From contig NZ_CP066018.1 in NCBI RefSeq assembly GCF_016127575.1, positions 1,260,001-1,292,000 on the forward strand: a stretch of DNA of 32,000 nt, written 5' to 3'. This document shows positions 11,643-21,277 of this stretch, one piece after another. The position numbers and the translations under genes are program-made. Position 1 is the stretch's first letter. Every line of letters starts with the position of its first letter. The notes below the pieces were generated by a model, which was given only the letters and a program-made list of their open reading frames with translations, ran no database searches and was not told the origin of the DNA. The stretch is from Cupriavidus necator (lineage in GTDB: Bacteria; Pseudomonadota; Gammaproteobacteria; Burkholderiales; Burkholderiaceae).

Positions 11643-12584
11643 TCAGGACACCAGCATCGGCCGCCCGAGCATGCGCGACAGCACCGCCTCGGGCGAGTGG
11701 GTGTGGTCGGAAATCGCCTGCGGCGCCAGGTAGATGGTCTGCTCCATCATCGCCCGTCCGCGCATGGCCGCGTGCAGCAGCTGGTCGCTGAAGACGATCC
11801 AGGTGGAACCCGGCGGGAAGTGGAATTCCTGCTGCGGCACCTTGGCCTGGTAATCCAGGTCGGCCTTGGCCAAGTCATGCAGCTGCAGCATGCGGTGGTC
11901 ATATTCCGAGCGCTTGCGCTTGGTGATATGCAGCAGCTTCATCAGCGCCGCCTGCCCCGGCCACATGCCATGGGTCTTGGGCACGAACTTCTGCGCAAAA
12001 TCGCCGAACGGCTCGCCCACGCGCCACACGCGCGCCGCGGCCGGGTCGATGTTGTGGAACACGCGCAACAGGCGCTTGCCCAGCATCGGGTTGGACGGGA
12101 ACGAGTCCACGTGCAGGCGGGTGTCGTCCTTGCGCCAGCTGACCGGGCGCCCGGCGATCTCGCTGGGCCGCAGCGAGGTGCCGGCGCGCGTCATGTGCGG
12201 GATGTATTCAGGGAACAGCGTGCGCACCAGCAATTCGCTGTTGTCGGCGTAGCGGCGGATCAGCGTGTACAGGTCCGCCAGGTCCTGCGGACTGCCCTGG
12301 GCGCCGCGCACCGCGGTGTCGTCGGCGCGCAGGTTGATGTTCTTGGACTTGCCGTCGGAATAGCGGCTGTCAAGGAAGCGCTCTTCGCCCGGCTGGAAGC
12401 GGAAATTCAGGTTCGGGAAGTACAGCACGGCGCCCTGCTCCAGCTCGCGGCGCAGCGTGGCGCGTTCTTCGGCCGTGACCTGCGGCGCCCAGTCGGCATA
12501 TGGCTGCGGGCGGATCAGGTTGAGCTGGCCGGCGGCGGGCGGCTGGGTTGAGGTCGAGGGGGCAAGGACAGGCGCTTCGGACAT
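11643..12584 (-). CDS. kdoO: Kdo hydroxylase family protein (Fe(II)/2-oxoglutarate dioxygenase KdoO-like)
   Basis: 313-aa ORF with AGAGGA upstream of the ATG at 12584. Recalled resemblance to the KdoO family, including an HxD facial-triad motif (RLHVDSFPSNP). Its position beside lipid A late acyltransferases fits that call. Confidence 0.65.
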   Translation of the reverse strand: MSEAPVLAPSTSTQPPAAGQLNLIRPQPYADWAPQVTAEERATLRRELEQGAVLYFPNLNFRFQPGEERFLDSRYSDGKSKNINLRADDTAVRGAQGSPQDLADLYTLIRRYADNSELLVRTLFPEYIPHMTRAGTSLRPSEIAGRPVSWRKDDTRLHVDSFPSNPMLGKRLLRVFHNIDPAAARVWRVGEPFGDFAQKFVPKTHGMWPGQAALMKLLHITKRKRSEYDHRMLQLHDLAKADLDYQAKVPQQEFHFPPGSTWIVFSDQLLHAAMRGRAMMEQTIYLAPQAISDHTHSPEAVLSRMLGRPMLVS

Positions 12585-12719
12585 GGCATCCTCTGGAAAC
12601 GGTCACCAGTGTTTGGGGTCGGCCGCCGGCGTGGCGGCTGGGGATGGCGGGATTTTACTCCCTGCCGTCAGCCGTGGCGCCGGCGTCACGCGGCGACTGG
12701 ACCAGGATCAAGCCCGCGT

Positions 12720-12754
12720 AAAAAAACCCCGCGGGCCCTTGCGGGCCGGCGGGG
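12720..12754 (-). terminator. rho-independent terminator of metK
   Basis: The minus strand reads CCCCGCCGGCCCGCAAGGGCCCGCGGGG (6 bp + 5 bp stem, GCAA loop) followed by seven U. It starts about 30 nt after the metK TAA. Confidence 0.85.
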
Positions 12755-12786
12755 CTTGCCGTCAGTGCTGCTGGCGCGGGTGGCGC

Positions 12787-13950
<1,164 letters not shown>

Positions 13951-14001
13951 GAACTTATTCTCCAGGTTGGCTATTGCGTGCCAGCCCGATCAGTTCATGG
14001 C

Positions 14002-14090
14002 GGCGACGCTTTAGCGGTATTTCAAGCAGCCCGGTTAGAGCCGCATCGCCCCGCAAGTTGTCAGTTAACTCGGCGATACACGCTATTATA
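14002..14090 (-). promoter_or_regulatory. metK promoter -10 box plus a structured 5' leader motif shared with metX (candidate riboswitch)
   Basis: In order on the minus strand: TATAAT (14090..14085); P1 AUCGCC/GGCGAU (14077..14072 / 14050..14045) closing a 21-nt loop GAGUUAACUGACAACUUGCGG; hairpin GCGGCUC-UAACC-GGGCUGC; the block AAAUACCGCUAAAG (14022..14009); and GUCGCC (14007..14002), which mimics the P1 5' strand. The same order and spacing occur in the metX leader. Confidence 0.55.
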
Positions 14091-14281
14091 CGCGCCTGCC
14101 GGGCTCGTTGCAGCGCGCCAACGGTACGGTACGGCACCCTGCCAACCAGCCGGGGGCACCGTGCCCAGATGAATCCGATGACGGCACGCTGCGCGCGGAA
14201 CTGAATACCGCCATAGAAAAAACGCTGCCTGCCCGTCTGTTCCCCGGCACAGACCCGTAGCAGACCCGCTTTTCGCGCCTG

Positions 14282-15178
14282 ATGACCTTTTTGTTCTGGC
14301 TGATCTCCCGTTTTCCCCTGCGGCTGCTGCAAGCCGCGGGCGGCGCGCTCGGACTGCTGAGCGCGCGCCTGCCCGGCCGCTACGGCCAGCGCCTGCGGGA
14401 GAACTTCCGCCAGGCGTTTCCCGACGCCACCGATGCGATGATCGACGAAGCGGCCCGTTCGGCCGGACGCATGATCGTCGAGATGCCCTACTTCTGGAGC
14501 CGCAGCAAGATCGGTGCGAAGCTGCATGGCTTTGACGACTACCTGTGGCCCGAGCTGGGCAAGCTGCAGGCGCGCGGCAAGGGCATCATCATCCTGACCC
14601 CGCACCTGGGCTGCTTTGAAGTGCTGCCGCAGTCCCACGCGCTGCAGCGCCCGGTCACCGCCCTGTTCAAGCCGCCGCACCAGCCCTGGCTGCGCGACTG
14701 GATTGAAAAAATGCGCACCCGGCCCGGCATGCACATGGCGCCGGCCACGCCGCGCGGTGTGCGCATGCTGGTGAAGGCACTCAAGCGCGGCCAGGCGGTG
14801 GGCATCCTGCCCGACCAGGTGCCCAGCGGCGGCGAGGGCAACTGGGCGCCGTTCTTCGGCAAGCCGGCCTATACCATGGCACTGGTGCACCGGCTGCAGC
14901 AGCTGACCGGCGCGCCGGTGGTGGCGGTCTTTGCCGAGCGCCTGCCGCGCGGCGCCGGCTATCGCGGCCACCTGCGCGTGATCAACGACGGCGGCATGCT
15001 GCCGGACGATCCTGCCGCCGCTGCCGCGGTCATCAACCGGACTATCGAGGAACTGGTGGGCCTGTGCCCCACGCAGTACCTGTGGGCTTACAACCGCTAC
15101 AAGCAACCCGCCGGAGCGGGTACCCCGGACGCGCCGGGCAATGATACCGAGCCGGCCACTGATCGATCGATTTCATGA
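14282..15178 (+). CDS. lipid A biosynthesis late acyltransferase (LpxL/LpxM/HtrB family), copy 1
   Basis: 298 aa with an N-terminal membrane anchor and the HX4E acyltransferase motif (TPHLGCFE). Its stop overlaps the start of copy 2 by ATGA. Confidence 0.8.
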   Translation: MTFLFWLISRFPLRLLQAAGGALGLLSARLPGRYGQRLRENFRQAFPDATDAMIDEAARSAGRMIVEMPYFWSRSKIGAKLHGFDDYLWPELGKLQARGKGIIILTPHLGCFEVLPQSHALQRPVTALFKPPHQPWLRDWIEKMRTRPGMHMAPATPRGVRMLVKALKRGQAVGILPDQVPSGGEGNWAPFFGKPAYTMALVHRLQQLTGAPVVAVFAERLPRGAGYRGHLRVINDGGMLPDDPAAAAAVINRTIEELVGLCPTQYLWAYNRYKQPAGAGTPDAPGNDTEPATDRSIS

Positions 15179-16068
15179 GCCGTGTGTTCACGTGGCTTGG
15201 CATCGGCTTGCTGACGGTGCTGGGCAAGCTGCCATATCCGTTCGTCGCGCGCTTCGGCGAGGCGCTGGGAAGCCTGCTCTACCTGGTGCCGAGCGAGCGG
15301 CGCCGCGTGGTGCAGGCCAACCTGCGCCTGTGTTTCCCGGACCGGACCGAGGCCGAAATCGATGAACTGTCGCGGCAGAGCTTCCGCATCCTGTTCCGCA
15401 GCTTTGCCGAACGCGGCATCTTCTGGACCGGCAGTGAGGCGCAGATGCGCCGCTGGGTGCAGATCGACGACCAGGCCGGCCTGGTGGCCCTGGATGGCAC
15501 CCCGCATATCCTGGTGACGCTGCACCTGTCGGGCGTGGAAGCCGGTGCGATCCGACTCACCATCGACCTGCGCGAGCATCTCGGCCGCTCCGGCGCATCG
15601 CTCTATACCAGGCAGAAGAACGACCTGTTCGACCACTTCCTGAAGCACGCGCGCGGGCGCTTCGGCGCCAACATGATCTCGCGCAACGACAGCGCGCGCG
15701 ACATCCTGCGCTGCCTGAAGAAGGGCGAGGCCCTGCAGCTGATCGCCGACATGGATTTCGGCGAGCGCGACTCGGAGTTCGTGCCGTTCTTCGGCGTGCA
15801 GGCGCTGACACTGACCTCGGTGTCGCGGCTGGCGCGCCTGACCGGGGCCAAGGTCGTGCCGATCTACACCGAGATGCTGCCCGACTACCAGGGCTATGTG
15901 CTGCGCATCCTGCCGCCCTGGGAAGACTACCCCGGCGCAAGCGTCACCGACGACACGCGCCGCATGAATGCCTTCTTCGAGGACTGCATCCGCCCGCGCG
16001 TACCCGAGTACTACTGGGTGCACAAGCGCTTCAAGCACCGCCTGCCGGGCGAGCCCGAGATCTACTGA
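15175..16068 (+). CDS. lipid A biosynthesis late acyltransferase (LpxL/LpxM/HtrB family), copy 2
   Basis: 297 aa with the HX4E motif (TLHLSGVE) and the C-terminal YYWVHKRFK pattern typical of LpxL-like proteins. Confidence 0.82.
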   Translation: MSRVFTWLGIGLLTVLGKLPYPFVARFGEALGSLLYLVPSERRRVVQANLRLCFPDRTEAEIDELSRQSFRILFRSFAERGIFWTGSEAQMRRWVQIDDQAGLVALDGTPHILVTLHLSGVEAGAIRLTIDLREHLGRSGASLYTRQKNDLFDHFLKHARGRFGANMISRNDSARDILRCLKKGEALQLIADMDFGERDSEFVPFFGVQALTLTSVSRLARLTGAKVVPIYTEMLPDYQGYVLRILPPWEDYPGASVTDDTRRMNAFFEDCIRPRVPEYYWVHKRFKHRLPGEPEIY

Positions 16069-16110
16069 GCGCGCCGGCACGTCCGGCGCCGCGCAGCTAC
16101 AATCCCCACC

Positions 16111-16977
16111 ATGAAACTCCAGTTCACCAAGATGCACGGCGCGGGCAACGACTTTGTCGTGCTCGACGGCATCCACCAGCAGATCGACCTGACCCCGGCG
16201 CAATGGCGTGCGCTGGCCAGCCGGCATTTCGGCGTTGGCGCTGACCAGATCCTGATCGTTGAAAAGCCGTCCCGCCCCGATGTCGACTTCCGCTACCGGA
16301 TCGTCAATGCCGATGGCAGCGAGGTGGAGCACTGCGGCAACGGCGCGCGCTGCTTTGTGCGTTTTGTCACCGACAAGGGCATGACCGACAAGCGCTCGGT
16401 GCGCGTCGAAGTGATGAACGGCGTCATTACCCTGACGCTGCAGGACGACGGCCAGGTCACGGTGGACATGGGTGCGCCCGAACTGGAACCGGCGCGCGTG
16501 CCGTTCCGTGCGGAAGGCCTGCCCACCCGCGCGGAAGGCGCGGACACGCTGTACGGCCTGGAGGTCAACGGCCGCACCGAATGGATCTCGGTGGTATCGA
16601 TGGGCAATCCGCACGCGGTGCAGGTGGTGGACGACGTGGAGAACTTCCCGGTGCTGCAGGACGGCCCGGTGGTGGAGCACCATGCCGCCTTCCCCAACCG
16701 CGTCAATGCCGGCTTCATGCAGGTGCAGGACCGCCATGCCATCCGGCTGCGCGTCTACGAACGCGGTGCCGGCGAAACCCTGGCCTGCGGCACCGGCGCC
16801 TGCGCGGCCGTGGTGGCCGGCATCCGGCGCGGCCTGCTGGACTCGCCGGTGCGGGTGCATACCCACGGCGGCGATCTGACCATTGCCTGGGATGGCGGCG
16901 CGGAACCGGTGCGCATGACCGGCCCGGCCACCACCGTGTTTGAAGGCAGCATTGACCTGGCAGCCCTGCCGGCCTGA
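16111..16977 (+). CDS. dapF: diaminopimelate epimerase
   Basis: 288 aa beginning [19 protein letters not shown]. The two catalytic-Cys regions are present (EHCGNGARC and [11 protein letters not shown]). Confidence 0.96.
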   Translation: MKLQFTKMHGAGNDFVVLDGIHQQIDLTPAQWRALASRHFGVGADQILIVEKPSRPDVDFRYRIVNADGSEVEHCGNGARCFVRFVTDKGMTDKRSVRVEVMNGVITLTLQDDGQVTVDMGAPELEPARVPFRAEGLPTRAEGADTLYGLEVNGRTEWISVVSMGNPHAVQVVDDVENFPVLQDGPVVEHHAAFPNRVNAGFMQVQDRHAIRLRVYERGAGETLACGTGACAAVVAGIRRGLLDSPVRVHTHGGDLTIAWDGGAEPVRMTGPATTVFEGSIDLAALPA

Positions 16978-17084
16978 CCATAGGGGCTGTGCGCCCCTGT
17001 CCACACGCCCCGCATTCCTTGCCGCGGAGCCCCGGCCGGGGCGCTCATTCCCTTGATCTTGCTGGTCAGACCGATGGAGCGCCC

Positions 17085-17894
17085 ATGCCGCTGGACGATT
17101 TCCGCATTACCTCAGGCAAGCGTTTTCGCCTTGCCGACTTCGACCCGGGCAGCAAGCCGCTGTCGTGCGGCAAGAAAGAAGAAGACCTGGCCCGCATCAT
17201 CGAGCTGAGCAACGCCCTCGACGCGCAGCAGGATATCTTCTACGCCGAGCACCGGCGCAGGCTGCTGGTGGTGCTGCAGGGCATGGATACCAGCGGCAAG
17301 GACGGCACCGTGCGCGGCGTGTTCCGCAGCTTCGATCCGCTGGGCATCCGCGTGGTGGGCTTCAAGTCCCCGTCGCCGGAGGAACTGGCGCGCGACTTTC
17401 TATGGCGCATCCACCTGCAGGTTCCGAAGACGGGCGAGATCGTGGTCTTCAACCGCAGCCACTATGAAGACGTACTGATCACGCGCGTGCACAACTGGAT
17501 CGACGCCGCCGAGTGCGAGCGGCGCTTCCGCCAGATCCGGGACTTCGAGTCGATGCTGACCGAGACCGGCACCACCATCGTCAAGTGCTTCCTGCACATA
17601 TCCCGCGACGAGCAGAAGGCACGGCTCGAAGCGCGCCTGGCGGATCCGGAGAAACACTGGAAGTTCGACACCAACGACCTCGCCCAGCGCAAGCACTGGA
17701 AGGCCTACATGGACGCCTACGAGGCTGCCATCATGGCGACCAGCACGCCCGAATGCCCGTGGTACGTGGTGCCGGCCGACTCCAAGACACACCGCAACCT
17801 GATGGTGGCGGAGATCCTGACCAGGGTCTTCGAGGACCTGAAGCCGGCCTACCCGCCCGCCCGGCCGGAACTGGCCAGTACCAAGGTCGACTGA
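17085..17894 (+). CDS. PPK2 family polyphosphate:nucleotide phosphotransferase
   Basis: 269 aa from the ATG at 17085, with GGAG 5 nt upstream. Walker-A-like LQGMDTSGKDG, FLWRIH and FNRSHYEDV are PPK2 hallmarks. Single-domain size. Confidence 0.88.
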   Translation: MPLDDFRITSGKRFRLADFDPGSKPLSCGKKEEDLARIIELSNALDAQQDIFYAEHRRRLLVVLQGMDTSGKDGTVRGVFRSFDPLGIRVVGFKSPSPEELARDFLWRIHLQVPKTGEIVVFNRSHYEDVLITRVHNWIDAAECERRFRQIRDFESMLTETGTTIVKCFLHISRDEQKARLEARLADPEKHWKFDTNDLAQRKHWKAYMDAYEAAIMATSTPECPWYVVPADSKTHRNLMVAEILTRVFEDLKPAYPPARPELASTKVD

Positions 17895-17908
17895 GCCGCC
17901 CGGCCGCC

Positions 17909-19336
17909 TCAGCCACCGTTGCCGCGGTGCACGTCGTGCGTGACGAAGGGGTGCTCGCGGCTGGGCATCGCCAGCCATTGGGGGTGGCGCAGGGTCTGGC
18001 GGATATCGTCCAGCCCGCTGGTCCAGTGCTCATGCATGGTGAGCGCGCCGAACTGGTAGTCCTTGGCCAGGTTCTCGAACGACTTGTCGCGGTAGATCAG
18101 CTGGATTACGTTGCGGCGCGCGTCGCAGGCCTGCTCCGCCGCGCGGCGGTACCAGGCGTTGTCGCGCTTTGACGGCGGCACCAGCGCCATCACCTCGTTG
18201 AGCATGCGGCGCATGTTCTGCTGCTCGCGCATGTAGTCGGTAATGGCCCGCGTGCGGCTGGAGTACTGGATGTCCTTCTGGCGCTCGGCCACGTCGACCA
18301 GGTCGTGCGGCAGCTTGCCGCGCGCGCTCCACAGGTCGACCTGGAAAATCAGCGCGTCGCGCCGCGGCTGCGCCGTCAGCACCTCGGCCAGCGGCGTGTT
18401 CGATACCAGCCCGCCATCCCAGTAGTACTCGCCATCGATCTCCACCGCCGGAAAGCCCGGCGGCAGCGCGCCCGAGGCCATGAAATGCTCGGGGCAGAGC
18501 TTGTCGCGGGTATTGTCGAAGTAGGCGAAATTGCCGGTGCGCACATTGACCGCCCCCACCGAGACGCGCATCAGGTCGGGGCGGTGGTTGATCAGGTCGA
18601 AGTCGGCAAAACGCTCGAGCGTCGCCTTCAGCGGCGTGGTGTCGTAGAAGCTGACATGGCTCGGGTCCGAGTAGCGCGACATCAGCTCCGGCCAGCCGCG
18701 CGGCTGGAAGAAGCCACGCTGGCCTTCCAGCATGGCACGCGCTGCATGCAGGCCATCGAACCAGATCCGCATTGGCTCGGGCCAGCCTTCGGCATGGTCG
18801 GCGAACCAGGAATGCGACAGGCTGGGCAGCCACGGCTGCGCGCAGATGTACTCCCAGAAGGCGCGCAGTTGTTCCACGCGGCGCCGGGGCGGATTGCCGG
18901 CGATGATGGCGGCGTTGAGCGCACCGATCGAGATGCCGGCAACCCAGTTCGGGTAGATGCCGCCCTCGGCAAGGCCCTGGTACACGCCGGCCTGGTAGGC
19001 CCCGAGCGCGCCGCCGCCCTGCAGCACCAGCGCGCGCACGGCATAGGCCTCGTGCGCCGGCCGGTCCGGGGCCTTGGCGGCCCGGCGCACCGGCTTGCGC
19101 GGCTGCACCTGCGCGCCGCGTTCGGCCAGGGAATCGGCATTGGCGCCGCTTTCAGCCTTGGCCTGCGTTGGCTGCCGTGCCATCTGCCGTGCCGTCTTTT
19201 CCTGCCGCTCTTGCGGCACTTGCCGTACTTGCCGCTCCTGCCGTTCTTTTTCCGCCACGCCGCGCTCCTGCCGATTGGAAAGTCCGCCTGTCCGCCAGAT
19301 GCTGAACGGGCGCCGCTTGGCGGCGCCCCTTGCCAT
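17909..19336 (-). CDS. patatin-like phospholipase with a charged, repeat-containing N-terminal extension
   Basis: The patatin core carries the oxyanion GGGALGAY, the nucleophile GISIG and the dyad Asp in YWDGGL. The start is uncertain: ATG 19336 is 8 nt after the pyrE stop, and ATG 19183 would remove the E/R/Q-rich extension. Confidence 0.8.
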   Translation of the reverse strand: MARGAAKRRPFSIWRTGGLSNRQERGVAEKERQERQVRQVPQERQEKTARQMARQPTQAKAESGANADSLAERGAQVQPRKPVRRAAKAPDRPAHEAYAVRALVLQGGGALGAYQAGVYQGLAEGGIYPNWVAGISIGALNAAIIAGNPPRRRVEQLRAFWEYICAQPWLPSLSHSWFADHAEGWPEPMRIWFDGLHAARAMLEGQRGFFQPRGWPELMSRYSDPSHVSFYDTTPLKATLERFADFDLINHRPDLMRVSVGAVNVRTGNFAYFDNTRDKLCPEHFMASGALPPGFPAVEIDGEYYWDGGLVSNTPLAEVLTAQPRRDALIFQVDLWSARGKLPHDLVDVAERQKDIQYSSRTRAITDYMREQQNMRRMLNEVMALVPPSKRDNAWYRRAAEQACDARRNVIQLIYRDKSFENLAKDYQFGALTMHEHWTSGLDDIRQTLRHPQWLAMPSREHPFVTHDVHRGNGG

Positions 19337-19344
19337 CAACGGTT

Positions 19345-20031
19345 TCAGACGCCGTAGCGCTGACGATAGGCCGCCACCGCCTCGCGCGAGGCCGACAGCG
19401 CGGGGTCCTGCGACGCATCGAGGTAAGCCAGCAGGTCCTTCAGGCTGGCGATGGCGATCACCGGGATGCCATACTCACGCTGCACGTCCTGCACGGCGGA
19501 ATGGGTGCCGACCTGCTCGGCGGTACCGCTCTTCTCCATGCGGTCCAGTGCGATCAGCACCGCGGCCGGCTCGGCGCCGGCGGCGCGGATCATGTTTACC
19601 GATTCGCGCACCGAGGTACCGGCGGAGATCACGTCGTCGACGATGACCACCTTGCCCTGCAGCTTGGCCCCGACCAGCGTGCCGCCTTCGCCGTGGTCCT
19701 TGGCTTCCTTGCGGTTGTAGGCGAAGCCGACGTCACGTCCCATGCCAGCCAGCGCCACCGCGGTGGCCGACGCCAGCGTGATGCCCTTGTAGGCCGGCCC
19801 GAACAGCACGTCGAACTGCACGCCCGAGGCCAGCAGCGTTTTGGCATAGAATTGCGCCACCTCGCCCAGCATCGCACCCTGGTTGAACAGGCCGGCATTG
19901 AAGAAGTAAGGCGACTTGCGGCCGGCCTTGGTGACGAACTCGCCAAACGACAGCACGCCCGCATCGAGCGCAAAGCGGATAAAGGTCTGGCTGAGATCGG
20001 CACCCGCGGGCGGTTTCTGCTGCGTCATCAT
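19345..20031 (-). CDS. pyrE: orotate phosphoribosyltransferase
   Basis: 228 aa with the PRPP-binding loop VVIVDDVISAGTS and full-length PyrE similarity. GAGAGAA lies just upstream of the tandem ATG ATG. Confidence 0.95.
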   Translation of the reverse strand: MMTQQKPPAGADLSQTFIRFALDAGVLSFGEFVTKAGRKSPYFFNAGLFNQGAMLGEVAQFYAKTLLASGVQFDVLFGPAYKGITLASATAVALAGMGRDVGFAYNRKEAKDHGEGGTLVGAKLQGKVVIVDDVISAGTSVRESVNMIRAAGAEPAAVLIALDRMEKSGTAEQVGTHSAVQDVQREYGIPVIAIASLKDLLAYLDASQDPALSASREAVAAYRQRYGV

Positions 20032-20058
20032 TTCTCTCTGAATTCAAAATTTCCCCGA

Positions 20059-20835
20059 ATGTTACGGATTATCAGCGCCAACCTCAACGGCATCCGCTCC
20101 GCGTCGAAGAAGGGCTTTTTCGACTGGATGGGCAAGCAGGACGCGGACATGGTCTGCGTGCAGGAACTGAAGGCCCAGGAGGCCGACATGACCGAAGCGT
20201 TCCTGGCGCCACATGGCTACCATGGTTTTTTCCATTACGCCGAGAAGAAGGGCTACAGCGGCGTGGGCCTGTACACGCGGCACAAGCCGGAGCGGGTGGT
20301 CACCGGCTTCGGTAATTCCGAGTTCGACAGCGAGGGCCGCTACGTCGAAGTGCAGTATCCGCACCTGGCAGTGATCTCGGTCTACGTGCCGTCGGGTTCC
20401 AGCGGCGAGGAACGCCAGCTTGCCAAGTTCCGCTTCATGGAAGCGTTCCTGCCGCACCTGTTGCAACTCAAGGCGAGCGGGCGCGAGATCGTGCTGTGCG
20501 GCGACGTCAACATCGCGCACAAGGAAATCGACATCAAGAATTGGAAGGGCAACCTGAAGAACTCAGGCTTCCTGCCGGAGGAGCGCGCCTGGATCGGCGA
20601 ACTGTTCGACGTCCATGGCTATGTGGACGTGTTCCGCAAGCTGGATCCGCGCCCCGAGCAGTACACGTGGTGGAGCAACCGCGGCCAGGCCTATGCCAAG
20701 AACGTGGGATGGCGGATCGATTACCACCTGGCCACGCCGAAGATCGCCGATACCGCGCGGCTTTGCTCGATCTACAAGGACGAGAAGTTCAGCGACCACG
20801 CGCCGCTGTCGATCGATTACGACTATCCGCTCTGA
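20059..20835 (+). CDS. xthA: exodeoxyribonuclease III
   Basis: 258 aa from the ATG at 20059: MLRIISANLNGIRSA..VCVQELK..NIAH..SDHAP (EEP nuclease motifs). The 501-aa ORF-track entry is an upstream extension antisense to pyrE. Confidence 0.93.
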   Translation: MLRIISANLNGIRSASKKGFFDWMGKQDADMVCVQELKAQEADMTEAFLAPHGYHGFFHYAEKKGYSGVGLYTRHKPERVVTGFGNSEFDSEGRYVEVQYPHLAVISVYVPSGSSGEERQLAKFRFMEAFLPHLLQLKASGREIVLCGDVNIAHKEIDIKNWKGNLKNSGFLPEERAWIGELFDVHGYVDVFRKLDPRPEQYTWWSNRGQAYAKNVGWRIDYHLATPKIADTARLCSIYKDEKFSDHAPLSIDYDYPL

Positions 20836-20844
20836 GCGCAGCCA

Positions 20845-21246
20845 TCAGGCCGCCCGGACCTCCTCAAGCAGTTCCGGGTGGCGGTCCAGCAGCCTGAGCA
20901 GTTTTACCAGCGCAAGCGGCGGCTTGGTCCGGCCAGTCTCGTAGCGCGAGAATGCATTGACCCCGCCGCCGAAGATCTCTGCGGCTTCGCGCTGGTCGAG
21001 GTGGAGTTTCTTGCGGACTTGCATGATGTAAGTCGGATCGACAAGCGAGGCGTTGACTTGCTTGTTGAAGGCGAGCGCCAGCGGTCCGATCCGCTCTTCC
21101 TCTTCCTGGCCCAGCACACCTTCTCCACACTGAGCACACCAGTCGGCAAGGACCGCTTCGATTACCGTGGACTCGCCACGGTAGGTATAGACAAAGTCTT
21201 TCCGCCCCCTTTCGAGTTCGGCGCCTCCACATACCGGGCATCGCAT
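20845..21246 (-). CDS. mqsA: type II antitoxin, MqsA family (zinc-ribbon + XRE HTH)
   Basis: 133 aa from the ATG at 21246, with GAGGAG upstream. N-terminal CPVCGG...CAQCGE zinc ribbon and C-terminal HTH (QREAAEIFGGGVNAFSRYETG). Lies 31 nt downstream of the MqsR-like toxin gene. Confidence 0.88.
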   Translation of the reverse strand: MRCPVCGGAELERGRKDFVYTYRGESTVIEAVLADWCAQCGEGVLGQEEEERIGPLALAFNKQVNASLVDPTYIMQVRKKLHLDQREAAEIFGGGVNAFSRYETGRTKPPLALVKLLRLLDRHPELLEEVRAA

Positions 21247-21277
21247 AGACAGCTCCTCTGGCAAGGCGGCGCACGCG

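Noticed and set aside
14121-14166. ACGGT x3 micro-repeat (14121..14134) and the palindrome GGGCAC-C-GTGCCC (14154..14166) upstream of the metK promoter.
   Set aside because: Both are short enough to arise by chance in GC-rich DNA. They lie upstream of the TATAAT, so they are not part of the leader RNA. No functional inference is possible from sequence alone.
15097-17004. Very long ORFs on the strand opposite to, or out of frame with, well-supported genes. Examples: 635 aa at 15097..17004 (-), 383 aa at 13955..15106 (-), 642 aa at 1356..3284 (+), 720 aa at 4129..6291 (+), 571 aa at 12457..14172 (+), 325 aa at 8985..9962 (+).
   Set aside because: Their translations are Arg/Ala/Gly/Pro-rich low-complexity strings with no family motifs. 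They lie antisense to strongly conserved genes (lpxL, dapF, thiG, thiC, metK, GMC). Such shadow ORFs are expected at about 67% GC because stop codons are rare.
19172-19246. Clustered CTGCCG/TTGCCG repeats, considered as a possible CRISPR-like or non-coding tandem repeat array.
   Set aside because: The units are 6-9 nt, irregularly spaced except for three 9-mers, and lie in frame within the patatin ORF extension. No repeat-spacer architecture and no cas genes are present.
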